Shown piece after piece: positions 31,271 to 32,000 of a stretch of 32,000 bases of DNA (the first letter of the stretch is position 1; each line of letters opens with the position of its first letter). A program made the position numbers and the translations under genes. Source of the DNA: Candidatus Saccharimonadota bacterium (GTDB lineage: Bacteria; Patescibacteriota; Patescibacteriia; 2-12-FULL-60-25); NCBI GenBank assembly GCA_016699205.1, contig CP064964.1:300001-332000 (forward strand), read 5' to 3'. The notes beneath the pieces are model-generated. The model was not told the DNA's origin and ran no database searches. It saw only the letters and a program-made list of their open reading frames with translations.

Positions 31271-32000
31271 GCCATTTGGCGACGAGCTTCTCCGCTTCGT
31301 CTTCATCCTTTACCCAGTGGATGCGCTGATCGCGTTTGAACCACGTTAATTGGCGTTTGGCGTATTGCCAGGTCGCACGCTTAGTTTTTTCTATCGCCTG
31401 CTCCAATGTCGATTCCCCTCTTATATAGGCCCCTAGTTCGCGATAGCCGATCGAGGTCATTGCCGGAGCATCCCAACCGATGCCGGATCCATTCAGACGG
31501 CGGATTTCATCAATCCAACCCGCCTCGACATAGGCTTCAACAGCAAGGTTGATGCGTTCTTTTAATTCCTCCCGCTCCCGTTTCAGACCAATCATCAGCG
31601 GGTCGATCACGGGCTTGGCGGCGCCCTTTTGCTCCGTAAACGGTTTGCCGGTGAAGGTTGTGACTTCTAGCGCACGAAGCACGCGGCGGGGATTCTTCAT
31701 GTCAACGAGTTTTTCTGCCGCAGGATCAAGACGCAATAATAATTTTACAAGCTCCGCAAGCGTCTTTTTTTCCATCGCTTTTCGGAACGAGTCCTGCGGA
31801 GGCACGGCGGGGATTTGATAGTTGTCGACCAATGCTTGAATATACAAACCCGTGCCGCCGACGACAAACGGGAGCTTTCCGCGTTCTCGGATACCCCGGA
31901 TCGCCGTCATGGCTTTTTCTTGCCACTCAGCAACTGTGAGCAGCTCCGAAGGAGGAAGGTAATCCATCAAGTAGTGCGGGATATCACCAAATAAATACAT
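31233..32000 (-). CDS. miaA: tRNA dimethylallyltransferase MiaA (5' end beyond the window)
   Basis: FVVGGTGLYIQAL, RRVLRALEV and YAKRQLTWFK motifs. The ORF is open to the window edge, so the tracked 'M' is not the true start. Confidence 0.9.
   Translation of the reverse strand: MYLFGDIPHYLMDYLPPSELLTVAEWQEKAMTAIRGIRERGKLPFVVGGTGLYIQALVDNYQIPAVPPQDSFRKAMEKKTLAELVKLLLRLDPAAEKLVDMKNPRRVLRALEVTTFTGKPFTEQKGAAKPVIDPLMIGLKREREELKERINLAVEAYVEAGWIDEIRRLNGSGIGWDAPAMTSIGYRELGAYIRGESTLEQAIEKTKRATWQYAKRQLTWFKRDQRIHWVKDEDEAEKLVAKWLKVRAKSDTSKR

Noticed and set aside
1-32000. Alternative genetic code (UGA recoding as in SR1/Gracilibacteria) as an explanation for the split giant gene
   Set aside because: TGA terminates several well-supported genes exactly at ATGA overlaps (632-aa pilin-like ORF, 440-aa ORF, ybeY, dgkA). 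The interrupting codon at 23155 is TAA, not TGA. Code 11 fits everything else.

Overview
The window looks like a chromosomal segment of a small-genome, CPR/Patescibacteria-like bacterium. This is an inference from gene content and layout, not from a search. The standard code fits: TGA, TAA and TAG all end well-supported genes. About 26 kb (4930-30778) is one uninterrupted minus-strand array of roughly 20 genes with many 4-nt ATGA overlaps.

Recognisable housekeeping genes: NUDIX hydrolase, FAD oxidoreductase, SixA-like phosphatase, tRNA-Asp(GTC), a DUF4105-like protein, pyk, an HtrA-type protease, nrdR, ftsZ, ftsA, dgkA, ybeY, yqeY, rpsU, hisS, lepB, an EVE-domain protein and miaA (5' partial at the window edge).

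The interesting part is a 14.6-kb block (11680-26270) sitting between yqeY-rpsU and ybeY-dgkA. It holds two tandem proteins whose N-termini look like VirB2/TrbC-type (CPR 'T4SS pilin') domains fused to Ig-like modules. These are followed by 1852-aa and 1000-aa cysteine-rich ORFs, then three paralogous single-pass membrane proteins with thrombospondin-type-3 calcium-binding repeats.

The 406-aa pilin-like ORF and the 1852-aa ORF share a reading frame and are separated only by one TAA, with 29 open codons that complete an IPT/TIG domain. The 1852-aa and 1000-aa ORFs join across a -1 frame offset. All three may therefore be pieces of one pilin-anchored surface protein of about 3250 aa. No secretion or assembly ATPase is visible in the window.

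A smaller oddity is a two-gene cassette of unknown function next to tRNA-Asp, with strong Shine-Dalgarno sites and locally high GC. All domain calls come from motifs read by eye in the ORF translations. No HMM or BLAST search was run.
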